Notes under the pieces: generated by a model
What the model saw: the letters and a program-made list of their open reading frames with translations, nothing else
What the model was told of the DNA's origin: nothing
The model's database searches: none
Program-made: the position numbers and the translations under genes
From: Buchnera aphidicola str. APS (Acyrthosiphon pisum)
GTDB taxonomy: Bacteria > Pseudomonadota > Gammaproteobacteria > Enterobacterales > Enterobacteriaceae
Reading direction: 5' to 3'
Length of the DNA: 32,000 nucleotides
Assembly (NCBI RefSeq): GCF_000009605.1
Contig: NC_002528.1
Location: forward strand, 510,001-542,000
Part shown: positions 21,231-32,000 of the stretch, piece after piece
Layout of the letters: the number at the start of each line of letters is the position of its first letter
How positions within the stretch are numbered: position 1 is the stretch's first letter

Positions 21231-22316
21231 ATGAACTATCAAATATTAGCACGAAAATGGCGTCCACAATATTTTAGAGATATAATCGGTCAAAAACATA
21301 TTGTTACTGCTATATCTAACGGATTATCTCTTGGTCGTATTCATCATGCATGGTTATTATCTGGTACTAGAGGAATCGGAAAGACTACTATCGCTCGCTT
21401 ACTTGCTAAAAGTCTAAATTGTCAAAATGGAATCACATCAGATCCTTGTAGACAATGTATTATTTGTAAAGAAATAGAAAAAGGGTTATGTTTAGACGTA
21501 ATTGAAATAGATGGAGCTTCTCGGACTAAAGTTGAAGAAATGCGAGAAATTTTAGATAGTATTTATTATTCTCCTATTAAAAGTCGTTTTAAAGTATATT
21601 TAATTGATGAAGTACACATGCTTTCTCGTCATAGTTTTAATGCACTTCTTAAAACTCTTGAAGAACCACCTGAACATGTTAAGTTTGTTTTAGCAACTAC
21701 AGATGTAGACAGAATCCCTAAAACTATTATCTCTCGTTGTTTGTATTTTAAATTGCAAATAATATCTGAAGAAAAAATTTTCAAATTTTTAAAGTATATT
21801 TTAATTAAAGAATCTATTGATACAGATGAATATTCTTTAAAAAAAATAGCTTATCATGCTCATGGAAGTATACGCGATGCACTTAATTTACTAGAACATG
21901 CTATAAATCTAGGAAATGGACATGTTAATATAAAAAATGTAACAGATATGCTAGGACTTCTACCAGAAAAATATTCTTTTTTGTTAACTGATGCGGTTTT
22001 AAAAAAAGATTCAAAAAAAACAATGTTGTTGTTAAATAAAATTAGTAGTATAGGAGTAGAATGGGAAGAAATTTTGATAGAAATGTTACGTTTTTTATAT
22101 CATATTTCTACATCGCAATCTTTTCCATTAGTTTGGGAAAAAATTTTTACCGAAAAATACAAAAATCAAATTCAAAAAATAGCTCAAAATAATAAAAAAA
22201 CTAATATTCAATTATGTTATCAAATACTATTAAATGGAAGAAAAGAACTAAAGTTTGCTCCAAGTCAAAAAATAGGAGTAGAAATGTCTTTATTACGTGT
22301 TATTTCTGCAATATAA
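21231..22316 (+). CDS. dnaX: DNA polymerase III clamp-loader subunit DnaX, gamma-length (domains I-III only)
   Basis: MNYQILARKWRPQYFRDIIGQ aligns with the E. coli MSYQVLARKWRPQTF start. Walker A GTRGIGKTT, a Zn module CQNG...CRQCIICKEI, DEVHML, and sensor SRC (ISRCLYF) are present. The protein ends (...GVEMSLLRVISAI) where E. coli domain III ends. The track ORF starts 7 codons earlier, at 21210. Confidence 0.93.
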   Translation: MNYQILARKWRPQYFRDIIGQKHIVTAISNGLSLGRIHHAWLLSGTRGIGKTTIARLLAKSLNCQNGITSDPCRQCIICKEIEKGLCLDVIEIDGASRTKVEEMREILDSIYYSPIKSRFKVYLIDEVHMLSRHSFNALLKTLEEPPEHVKFVLATTDVDRIPKTIISRCLYFKLQIISEEKIFKFLKYILIKESIDTDEYSLKKIAYHAHGSIRDALNLLEHAINLGNGHVNIKNVTDMLGLLPEKYSFLLTDAVLKKDSKKTMLLLNKISSIGVEWEEILIEMLRFLYHISTSQSFPLVWEKIFTEKYKNQIQKIAQNNKKTNIQLCYQILLNGRKELKFAPSQKIGVEMSLLRVISAI

Positions 22317-22635
22317 AAAATATAATATTAATATAAAAACATATAAATTTAACAAGATCATAAAAGATATGAAATAATTAATATTTCATATAAAAACATA
22401 TTGAAAGTATTTGATATGTATATTTAACTGATAAAAAAATATCCAATACAGTATAATAAATTGATAATATAAAAAAATGCACATGATAAAAAATAATATA
22501 TATAGTAATTTTAACAAATCATTAAATAAAACATATAGATAAAAAAAATAGAAAATTATTTATTTTTAAAATAAAATTTTTGGCATAAAAAATAAAAAAT
22601 ATGACTTTCACATTACAAAAAAGAGATCAATATAT

Positions 22636-22965
22636 ATGTTTACTAAAGGTGGTTTAGGTAATTTGATGAAACAAGCACAACAAATGCAAGAAAAAATGGC
22701 AAAAATACAAGAGGAAATAGCTCAAATGGAAGTGACAGGAGAAGCTGGCGCTGGATTAGTTAAAGTGACAATTAATGGTGCACATAATTGTAGACGTGTG
22801 GAAGTAGATCCTAGTTTACTTCAAGACGATAAAGATATGCTAGAAGATTTAGCAGCAGCCGCATTTAATGATGCGACAAGAAGAATATCTGAAGTACAAA
22901 AAAAGAAAATGTCTGCTATATCTACAGGCATGCAGCTTCCAAATGGATTTAATATGCCCGTTTAA
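22636..22965 (+). CDS. ybaB: nucleoid-associated protein YbaB/EbfC
   Basis: A 109-aa protein very close to E. coli YbaB ([17 protein letters not shown]...[40 protein letters not shown]). It follows dnaX, as in enterobacteria. Confidence 0.95.
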
Positions 22966-23110
22966 ATAAAATAAAGTAAAAAAATTATATATGCGAAATA
23001 AGTATAAATTTATTGAATAAATTTATTTTTACTATGATAATTTTATTCAAAAGTACTTTTTATACTTTTAAAATTACTTTTATTGTTAATTTAAAAAGAG
23101 GTCTTTCTGC

Positions 23111-24985
23111 ATGAAAACACAAAAAAAAGAAGTTTATAATTTTCAATCAGAAACAAAAAAATTATTACATTTAATGATTCATTCACTATATTCTAACAAG
23201 GAAATTTTTTTAAGAGAATTGATATCTAATTCATCAGATGCAATAGATAAATTACGATTTGAATCTATATCATCACCAGAATTATATGAAAATGATAGTG
23301 ATGTAAAAATTCAAATATCTATAAATAAAGCACAAAGAACATTGATCATTAGTGATAATGGCATTGGAATGACAAAAGAAGACACCATTGAAAATCTTGG
23401 AACAATTGCTAAATCAGGAACAAAATCATTTCTCCAATCTCTAGAACAAAAACAAAATAAAAAAAATGAATTAATTGGAGAATTTGGCGTTGGTTTCTAT
23501 TCATCTTTTATTGTATCAGAAAAAGTCTCAGTTAGAACTAGATTTGCTGGTTTAGAATCTAATAAAGGAATATTATGGGAATCTTCAGGAGAAGGAGAGT
23601 ACAATATTACAAATATTGTAAAAAAAACTAGAGGTACTGAAATCACTCTATTTTTAAAAAAAGAAGAAGAAGAATTTTTAGAAACTTGGCGTATAAAAAA
23701 TATAATTAGTAAATACTCTGATCATATTACTATTCCAATACATATACAAGATTATGATAAAAAAAATAAAACATATTTTTGGGAACAAATTAATAAAGCT
23801 AAAGCATTATGGACATTGAATAAATCCTCTATTACAGAAGAAGAATATAAAGATTTTTATAAACATCTCACCAATGATCAAAATGATCCTCTTATATGGA
23901 GTCATAATCACGTAGAAGGCAATCAAGAGTATATTAGTTTATTATATATTCCTGAAAAAGCTGCTTGGGATATATGGAATAGAGATAATAAACACGGTTT
24001 AAAATTATATGTAAAACGTGTTTATATTATGGATAATTCTCAAGCCTTTCTTCCTAATTACTTACGTTTTATAAAAGGTTTAATAGATTCTAGCGATTTA
24101 CCATTAAATATTTCTCGTGAAATATTACAAGATAATTCTATTACAGAAAAATTAAGAAAATCACTGATAAAAAAATCTTTAAGTATGTTAGAAAAACTAG
24201 CACAGAAAAATAATGAAAAATACCAAATTTTTTGGAATCAATTCGGTCTCGTTTTAAAGGAAGGTCCTGCAGAAGATCATGAAAATTTAAACAAAATTGC
24301 TAATCTATTACGTTTTACATCAATGAAAAGTAATAATTCCGAACAAAAGATGTCTTTAAAAGAATATATATCAAATATGAACGAACAACAAGAAAAAATA
24401 TATTACATTACTGCAGATAGTTATTCGTCTGCAAATAACAGTCCTCATTTAGAATTATTTAAAAAAAATAATATTGATGTATTATTATTATCGGATCGAA
24501 TTGACGAATGGATGATGAATTACCTTTCTGAATTTGAAGGAAAAAAGTTTCAATCTATTAGCAAAGAAGATATTTCTCTAAATAAGCTGACAAAAGAAAA
24601 AAAAATAAAAAACAAAGATGTTTCAACAGAAATGATTGAATTTTTAAAAAAAGTTAAAAACATACTTGGCAACCAAGTAAAAGATGTAAGATTAACACAT
24701 AGATTAACAGAAACTCCTTGTGTTTTACTTAGTGATTCTACCGAAATGACTACACAAATGGCTAAACTTTTTTCTGCAGCAGGACAATCTGTGCCAGAGT
24801 TAAAATACATTTTTGAAATTAATCCGGATCATATTTTAATAAAAAAAATATGTACTATTAATAATGAGAATGAATTGCATCAATGGATTAAATTATTATT
24901 AGACCAGGCATTATTAGCAGAAAAAGGTAATTTAGAAAATCCACATAAATTTATTTCTAGAATGAATAAATTACTTATTAAATAA
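23111..24985 (+). CDS. htpG: molecular chaperone HtpG (Hsp90)
   Basis: A 624-aa protein with GHKL ATPase motifs ([36 protein letters not shown]). AAGAGG Shine-Dalgarno upstream. Confidence 0.97.
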   Translation: MKTQKKEVYNFQSETKKLLHLMIHSLYSNKEIFLRELISNSSDAIDKLRFESISSPELYENDSDVKIQISINKAQRTLIISDNGIGMTKEDTIENLGTIAKSGTKSFLQSLEQKQNKKNELIGEFGVGFYSSFIVSEKVSVRTRFAGLESNKGILWESSGEGEYNITNIVKKTRGTEITLFLKKEEEEFLETWRIKNIISKYSDHITIPIHIQDYDKKNKTYFWEQINKAKALWTLNKSSITEEEYKDFYKHLTNDQNDPLIWSHNHVEGNQEYISLLYIPEKAAWDIWNRDNKHGLKLYVKRVYIMDNSQAFLPNYLRFIKGLIDSSDLPLNISREILQDNSITEKLRKSLIKKSLSMLEKLAQKNNEKYQIFWNQFGLVLKEGPAEDHENLNKIANLLRFTSMKSNNSEQKMSLKEYISNMNEQQEKIYYITADSYSSANNSPHLELFKKNNIDVLLLSDRIDEWMMNYLSEFEGKKFQSISKEDISLNKLTKEKKIKNKDVSTEMIEFLKKVKNILGNQVKDVRLTHRLTETPCVLLSDSTEMTTQMAKLFSAAGQSVPELKYIFEINPDHILIKKICTINNENELHQWIKLLLDQALLAEKGNLENPHKFISRMNKLLIK

Positions 24986-24995
24986 TAAAAAACAT

Positions 24996-25023
24996 GATTA
25001 CTACTATTATATTAGTAGTAATC
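24996..25023 (+). terminator. rho-independent terminator candidate after htpG
   Basis: A perfect 11-bp stem, gattactacta (24996-25006) with tagtagtaatc (25013-25023), and a 6-nt loop, followed by TTT. It starts 10 nt after the htpG stop. Confidence 0.5.
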
Positions 25024-25057
25024 TTTAGATTAACTTATACAAACATAAGAAATAAAT

Positions 25058-25705
25058 ATGCGTATTATTTTGCTAGGAGCACCTGGAACAGGAAAGGGTA
25101 CACAAGGAAAATTTATTACAGAAAAATATAAAATTCCTCAAATATCTACAGGTGATATGCTCCGAGAAAGTGTTGTGTTGAAAAATAAAATAGGAATGAT
25201 TATTAAAAATATTATTGAAGAGGGTAAACTAGTCTCTGATGAAATTGTATGTCATTTAATAAAAAATAGAATTAAAAAACACGACTGTATCAATGGTTTT
25301 ATATTAGATGGTTTTCCAAGAACTATCCAACAAGCTTTGTACTTATCAAAAAAAAATATTAAAATAGATTATGTATTAGAATTCATAATTCCACATGAAT
25401 ATATATTAGAACGTATATCAGGAAGACGCATACATATACAATCAGGACGTATCTATCATGTAAAATTCAAGCCCCCAAAAATCAAAGACAAAGACGATCT
25501 AACTGGACAAACTTTAATCACAAGAAAAGATGATACAAAAGAGGGCATTAAAAAAAGATTAGAAGAATACAAAAAAGTACATGATCCTTTAGTACAATAT
25601 TATATTCATGAAAAAAAACGGGGTAATATAAAATTTTTTCAAATTGATGCTATGCTTTCATTTTCATCTATTAGAAAAAAATTAGAAACAATTTTAAAAA
25701 AATAG
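25058..25705 (+). CDS. adk: adenylate kinase
   Basis: A 215-aa protein with P-loop GAPGTGKGT, AMP-binding ISTGDMLR, and GFILDGFPRT. Confidence 0.97.
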   Translation: MRIILLGAPGTGKGTQGKFITEKYKIPQISTGDMLRESVVLKNKIGMIIKNIIEEGKLVSDEIVCHLIKNRIKKHDCINGFILDGFPRTIQQALYLSKKNIKIDYVLEFIIPHEYILERISGRRIHIQSGRIYHVKFKPPKIKDKDDLTGQTLITRKDDTKEGIKKRLEEYKKVHDPLVQYYIHEKKRGNIKFFQIDAMLSFSSIRKKLETILKK

Positions 25706-25709
25706 TTTT

Positions 25710-25783
25710 TGCGTTCTACAGGATTTGAACCTGTGACCTACGGCTTAGAAGGCCGTTGCTCTATCCAGCTGAGCTAAGAACGC
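25710..25783 (-). tRNA. argU: tRNA-Arg (anticodon UCU)
   Basis: The reverse strand folds into a full 74-nt cloverleaf: acceptor GCGTTCT/AGAACGC, D arm GCTC-AGCTGGATA-GAGC, anticodon arm ACGGC-CTTCTAA-GCCGT, variable AGGTC, T arm ACAGG-TTCAAAT-CCTGT, and discriminator A. No CCA is encoded. It closely resembles E. coli argU. Confidence 0.93.
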
Positions 25784-25935
25784 ATAAATAATTAGATTAA
25801 AATCTAACACTAATATAATATATATGCAACTAAATTACTATGAATATTATTAAATTTTGATATATTTAATCATACTATTAAAAATAGTAATAATATTTTA
25901 GTATATAACATATAAAAAAATTGAGTTACTTACTG

Positions 25936-26793
25936 ATGCCAGCAATAATTATAGATGGTAATAAAATAGCAAAAAAAATAGAACTAAAAATTTTAAAGAA
26001 GGTAAAACAAAGAAAAAAAAATGGAGAAAGAATACCTGGTTTAGCTATGATTTTAGTAGGAAATCATATTCCTTCTCAAATTTATGTAAATAAAAAAAAA
26101 ATATCATGTAAAAATGTTGGTTTTTTTTCAGAATGCTGGAATTTACCTAGTAATATCAATGAGAAAGAAATATTAAATATTATTTCTAAATTAAATGAAA
26201 ATAAAAATATAGATGGTATTTTAATACAATTACCTCTTCCCCCACAAATAAATCACATGAAGATTTTAAGTAGTATTGTTCCTGATAAAGACGTAGATGG
26301 ATTTCATCCTTATAATACAGGTTCTTTATGCCAAAGAACGCCAAAATTAAGAGCATGTACACCTAAGGGCATTATTACAATGTTAAAATATAATAAGATA
26401 AAAACTCATGGATTACATGCGGTTATGGTTGGAGCATCTAATATCGTTGGAAGACCTATGAGTTTAGAGTTGTTATTAGCAGGATGTACAACTACTGTCA
26501 CACATCGGTTTACAAAAAATTTAAAAGATCATGTTCAGAATGCTGACCTATTAATTGTTGCAGTAGGAAAAGCAAATTTTTTAAAAGGCAGTTGGATTAA
26601 AACAGGATCTATAGTTATAGACGTAGGTATTAACAGATTAAAAAATGGAAAAGTAGTAGGTGATGTAGAATTTAAAACTGCATATCTACGAGCATCTTAC
26701 ATTACTCCTGTACCAGGTGGCGTTGGTCCTATGACAGTTGCAACATTATTACAAAATACATTAGAAGCTTGTGAAAATCATGATGATATTTAA
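25936..26793 (+). CDS. folD: bifunctional methylenetetrahydrofolate dehydrogenase / methenyl-THF cyclohydrolase
   Basis: [14 protein letters not shown] aligns with E. coli MAAKIIDGKTIAQQ. Long near-identical blocks are present ([48 protein letters not shown]). The track ORF begins at a TTG 5 codons upstream (25921). Confidence 0.95.
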
Positions 26794-28184
26794 GATTTTT
26801 TATTTTTACGCCATATTGTTTTATCAGGTAAATCTTCTAATATTATATCTAAAGACATGAGTTTTTTTCGTATATTATCTGCTTCTTGCCATAATTTTGA
26901 TTGTCTTGCAATATTTCTTTTTTCTATTAATAATTGAATTTCTTTTAGTGTGAGTAAATTTAATGTAGTTTTTTTTTGTAAGAACTCTTTTGGATCCTGA
27001 AATAAAAAACCTAAATTATTTGCTAAATATTTTAATCTAAAAGCAAATTTATTTGTTTTTAATATGTCTTTATTTTTTAAAAAATTAATTTTACGTGCTA
27101 TTTTAAAAAAAATAGAAAATACTGCAGGAGTATTAAAATCATCATTCATTGCATTATAAAATTCTAATTCAAAATTAAGGCCTTCTTCGTTATTAAAAAA
27201 AGGATTAGTATCATACAATGCTGTGTATAAATATTTTAATGAAGTATATGCTTGATCTAAATTTTTTTCACAGTAGTAAATAGGATGACGATAGTGTGTT
27301 GAAAGAAAAAAATAACGTAACACTTCAGCATCACAATCCTTTAAAATATTTCTTAAAAAATAAACATTACCTAAAGATTTAGACATTTTTTTATTATTCA
27401 GTATAACCATGCCAGTATGCATCCAAAAATTGATCATCGATTTATTATTAAAACATATAGATTGAGATCTTTCATTTTCATGATGAGGGAAAAGAAGATC
27501 AGAGCCGCCTCCATGAATATCGATAGAATTATTAAAAAAAACATTAGTTATAGCACTGCATTCAATATGCCAACCAGGACGTCCCTTTCCCCATGGAGAA
27601 TCCCAAGAATATTCTTCTTTATTAGAAGATTTCCAAAGTATAAAATCTAATGGATTTTTTTTCATATTATTTAAAGGGATTCGTGATCCAGATTCTAATG
27701 ATGTTAAAGACTGACGAGATAAAGTCCCATAATTAGGATCACTATCTATAGAAAAAATAACATCACCATTTTTGTGAATATATGCATGTTTTTTCTTTAT
27801 TAACGTTGTAATTATCCTAATAATATTATCAATATAATCTGTAACACGAGGTTCTTCATCAGGAACAGATATACCTAATAAATCAAAATCTTTATGCATT
27901 TCTTTTATCATAGAAGCAGTAAAAGTATTAATTTTCTTTTTTTCTTTAGTAGATTTTGAAATAATTTTATCATCGATATCAGTAATGTTTCGAACATATT
28001 TGACTTGAAAACCAGAAAAACGTAAATAACGAACTATCATATCAAAAACTACGAAAGTACGTCCGTGTCCAATATGACAAAAATCATAAACAGTAACACC
28101 ACATACATATAAATTAACTCTATTCTTTTTAATAGGGGTAAAAATTTCTTTCGTACTAGTTAGTGTATTAAAAATTTTTAACAT
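26790..28184 (-). CDS. cysS: cysteinyl-tRNA synthetase
   Basis: A 464-aa class I aaRS with HIGH (CHIGHGRT) and KMSKS (KKMSKSLGN) motifs and Zn-binding Cys/His (GWHIECS). Confidence 0.97.
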
Positions 28185-28444
28185 AATTTGTATCCCGTAA
28201 AAATATATTTAAAGAAAATAATATAAATATATTATTTTCTATATTACCAATGTGCTAAAATGATTAAATTATTTTTTACTAGAAATTTTTATAAAATTTT
28301 ATTTTTTAAATAAAACCATACAATTATTTATAAAATTTATGAAATTAATTATAAAATACATAATAAAAAATTAATATTATGACAAAATTTTATGTTTTGA
28401 AAGAATAATAAAATATTTTTTTGTAAAAAAAATAGGGGTTAATA

Positions 28445-28708
28445 ATGAAAACAAAATTGCGAGAAATGTTAAGATTCCCTTGTTTTTTTACTTATAAGAT
28501 TATTGGTTTAGCGCAGCCTGAACTGATCGATCAAATAATTAAAGTTATTCAAATTCAGATTCCTGGAGACTACACTCCTCAAGTAAAATCAAGTAATAGA
28601 GGAAACTATCTTTCTGTTTCAATTACAATATGTGCTAAAAATTTTGAACAAATTGAATGTTTATATCATGAAATTAGTAAAATTAATATAGTAAGAATGG
28701 TTTTATAA
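28445..28708 (+). CDS. ybeD: UPF0250 family protein YbeD
   Basis: An 87-aa protein. [11 protein letters not shown] ... [17 protein letters not shown] matches the YbeD (DUF493) pattern and size. AGGGG Shine-Dalgarno upstream. Confidence 0.85.
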   Translation: MKTKLREMLRFPCFFTYKIIGLAQPELIDQIIKVIQIQIPGDYTPQVKSSNRGNYLSVSITICAKNFEQIECLYHEISKINIVRMVL

Positions 28709-28745
28709 AACATCAAAATATATGTGAAATATTTTGTACTAATAT

Positions 28746-28772
28746 GGTACAGCTCTCTTTAGGAGCTGTACT
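28746..28772. terminator. bidirectional hairpin terminator between convergent ybeD and cspE
   Basis: gtacagctc (28747-28755) is the exact reverse complement of gagctgtac (28763-28771), with a 7-nt loop and an additional G-U closing pair. It is GC-containing and sits midway between two convergent stop codons. Confidence 0.6.
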
Positions 28773-28814
28773 ATAAAACATATTTGTTTTTATATTAAAA
28801 ACAATTGAATAACT

Positions 28815-29024
28815 TTATAAACTAATAACATTAGCGGCAGATGGTCCTTTTGCTCCTTCGGTGATTTCGAATTCAACACTCTGACCTTCTGCTAAAGTTT
28901 TAAATCCATTGCTTTGTATTGCTGAAAAATGAACAAACACATCCTTACTACCGTCTTCTGGAGTAATAAAACCAAAACCTTTAGATTCATTAAACCACTT
29001 AACATTACCTTTAATCTTGGACAT
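28815..29024 (-). CDS. cspE: cold-shock-domain protein CspE
   Basis: A 69-aa protein almost identical to E. coli CspE ([65 protein letters not shown]). RNP1 (KGFGFI) and RNP2 (VFVHF) motifs are present. Confidence 0.97.
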   Translation of the reverse strand: MSKIKGNVKWFNESKGFGFITPEDGSKDVFVHFSAIQSNGFKTLAEGQSVEFEITEGAKGPSAANVISL

Positions 29025-29280
29025 CTATATTACCTTACATGAAAAAATATACTACATTGAAAAAAGTATTAATCAACAATTACTTATGATTAAAAATCAA
29101 ATATAAAAAAATTTAAATTCTCAATAGATTAACATGTAAATCTATTCTTAGCTAGAAAGTAATTTGATTTTAAAAATATTTGTATAAAATTTAATAAGAA
29201 TATTTTTATTTTTAATAAATACTATACTATTCATAAATTAAAATAGTAATATATTTTAAAAAATAATTTATTTCAAGTAT

Positions 29281-29310
29281 AAAAAAACCCGAAAAAAATT
29301 TCGGGTTTTT
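29281..29310 (-). terminator. rho-independent terminator of the rrl-rrf transcript (symmetric, potentially bidirectional)
   Basis: An A-run, then cccgaaa (29288-29294), loop aaaa, tttcggg (29299-29305), then a T-run. On the minus strand it immediately follows the 5S 3' end and is followed by U7. Confidence 0.75.
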
Positions 29311-29430
29311 TTTCCTGGATTTGACCTACTCTCACACGGGGAGGCCCCGTACTACCATCGGCGTTATAGCGTTTCACTTCTGAGTTCGGAATGGATTCAG
29401 GTGGTACCACTACACTATTTTTACCAGGAA
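29311..29430 (-). rRNA. rrf: 5S ribosomal RNA
   Basis: The reverse strand (UUCCUGGUAAAAAUAGUGUAGUGGUACCACCUGA...CCGAACUCAGAAGUGAAACGC...GCCGAUGGUAGU...GAGAGUAGG...CCAGGAAA) is colinear with the 120-nt E. coli 5S. Helix I pairs UUCCUGG with CCAGGAA. Confidence 0.95.
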
Positions 29431-29538
29431 TTTAATAAATTTTTTATGTTATTAAAATATGCTTTTTTAATAAAGCAACAAATTCAGTAAAAACAAGCTT
29501 TTTTATTAAGTTTATTTTAAAAACACCTCTGGTGTTGT

Positions 29539-32000
<2,462 letters not shown>

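Noticed and set aside
22331-22401. Exact 14-bp direct repeat atataaaaacatat (22331-22344 and 22388-22401) and a 10-bp A/T hairpin (22367-22391) in the dnaX-ybaB spacer
   Set aside because: My rough estimate is that an exact 14-mer match within about 320 bp of roughly 85 percent A+T sequence is not rare by chance. The hairpin has only one G-C pair, the rest being A-T, and no T-run follows.
23013-23039. Possible sigma-32 promoter upstream of htpG (a perfect TTGAA at 23013-23017)
   Set aside because: At 13-15 nt spacing the downstream octamer (actatgat, ctatgata or tatgataa) matches CCCCATNT poorly. This could be a decayed relic but is not callable.

Overview
This window is an ordinary core-genome segment of a reduced, very AT-rich gammaproteobacterial endosymbiont. 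Gene content, gene order and protein sequences match Buchnera aphidicola. The order and the 361-codon dnaX resemble the Acyrthosiphon pisum-type lineage, but the strain cannot be proven from the sequence alone.

Genes on the minus strand, 1-7713: dxs (5' part), ispA, yajR, cyoE, cyoD, cyoC, cyoB and cyoA. tusE (2622-2966) lies on the plus strand between yajR and cyoE.

Genes on the plus strand, 7985-25705: bolA, tig, clpP, clpX, lon, ppiD, mdlA, mdlB, dnaX, ybaB, htpG and adk. An unlisted 4.5S/SRP RNA gene (ffs) lies on the minus strand directly after mdlB.

Remainder of the window: tRNA-Arg(UCU) (-), folD (+), cysS (-), ybeD (+), cspE (-), a strong terminator, 5S rRNA (-), and about 2.46 kb of 23S rRNA (-) running off the window end.

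Every long ORF is an intact housekeeping gene. I see no mobile element, CRISPR array, toxin or defence module, or unexplained multi-gene cluster, so I do not claim a novel system.

Items worth a second look are modest:
- a 972-bp ORF-free spacer between ppiD and mdlA;
- a dnaX that stops exactly at the end of the clamp-loader core, followed by a 319-bp spacer;
- a GC-containing sigma-32-like promoter relic and repeated CGATAT motif upstream of lon;
- ffs abutting the mdlB stop codon;
- unusually conserved, GC-richer ybaB and cspE;
- a near-perfect palindrome upstream of cspE;
- slippage-prone poly(A) tracts;
- several gene-loss or inversion junctions relative to E. coli.
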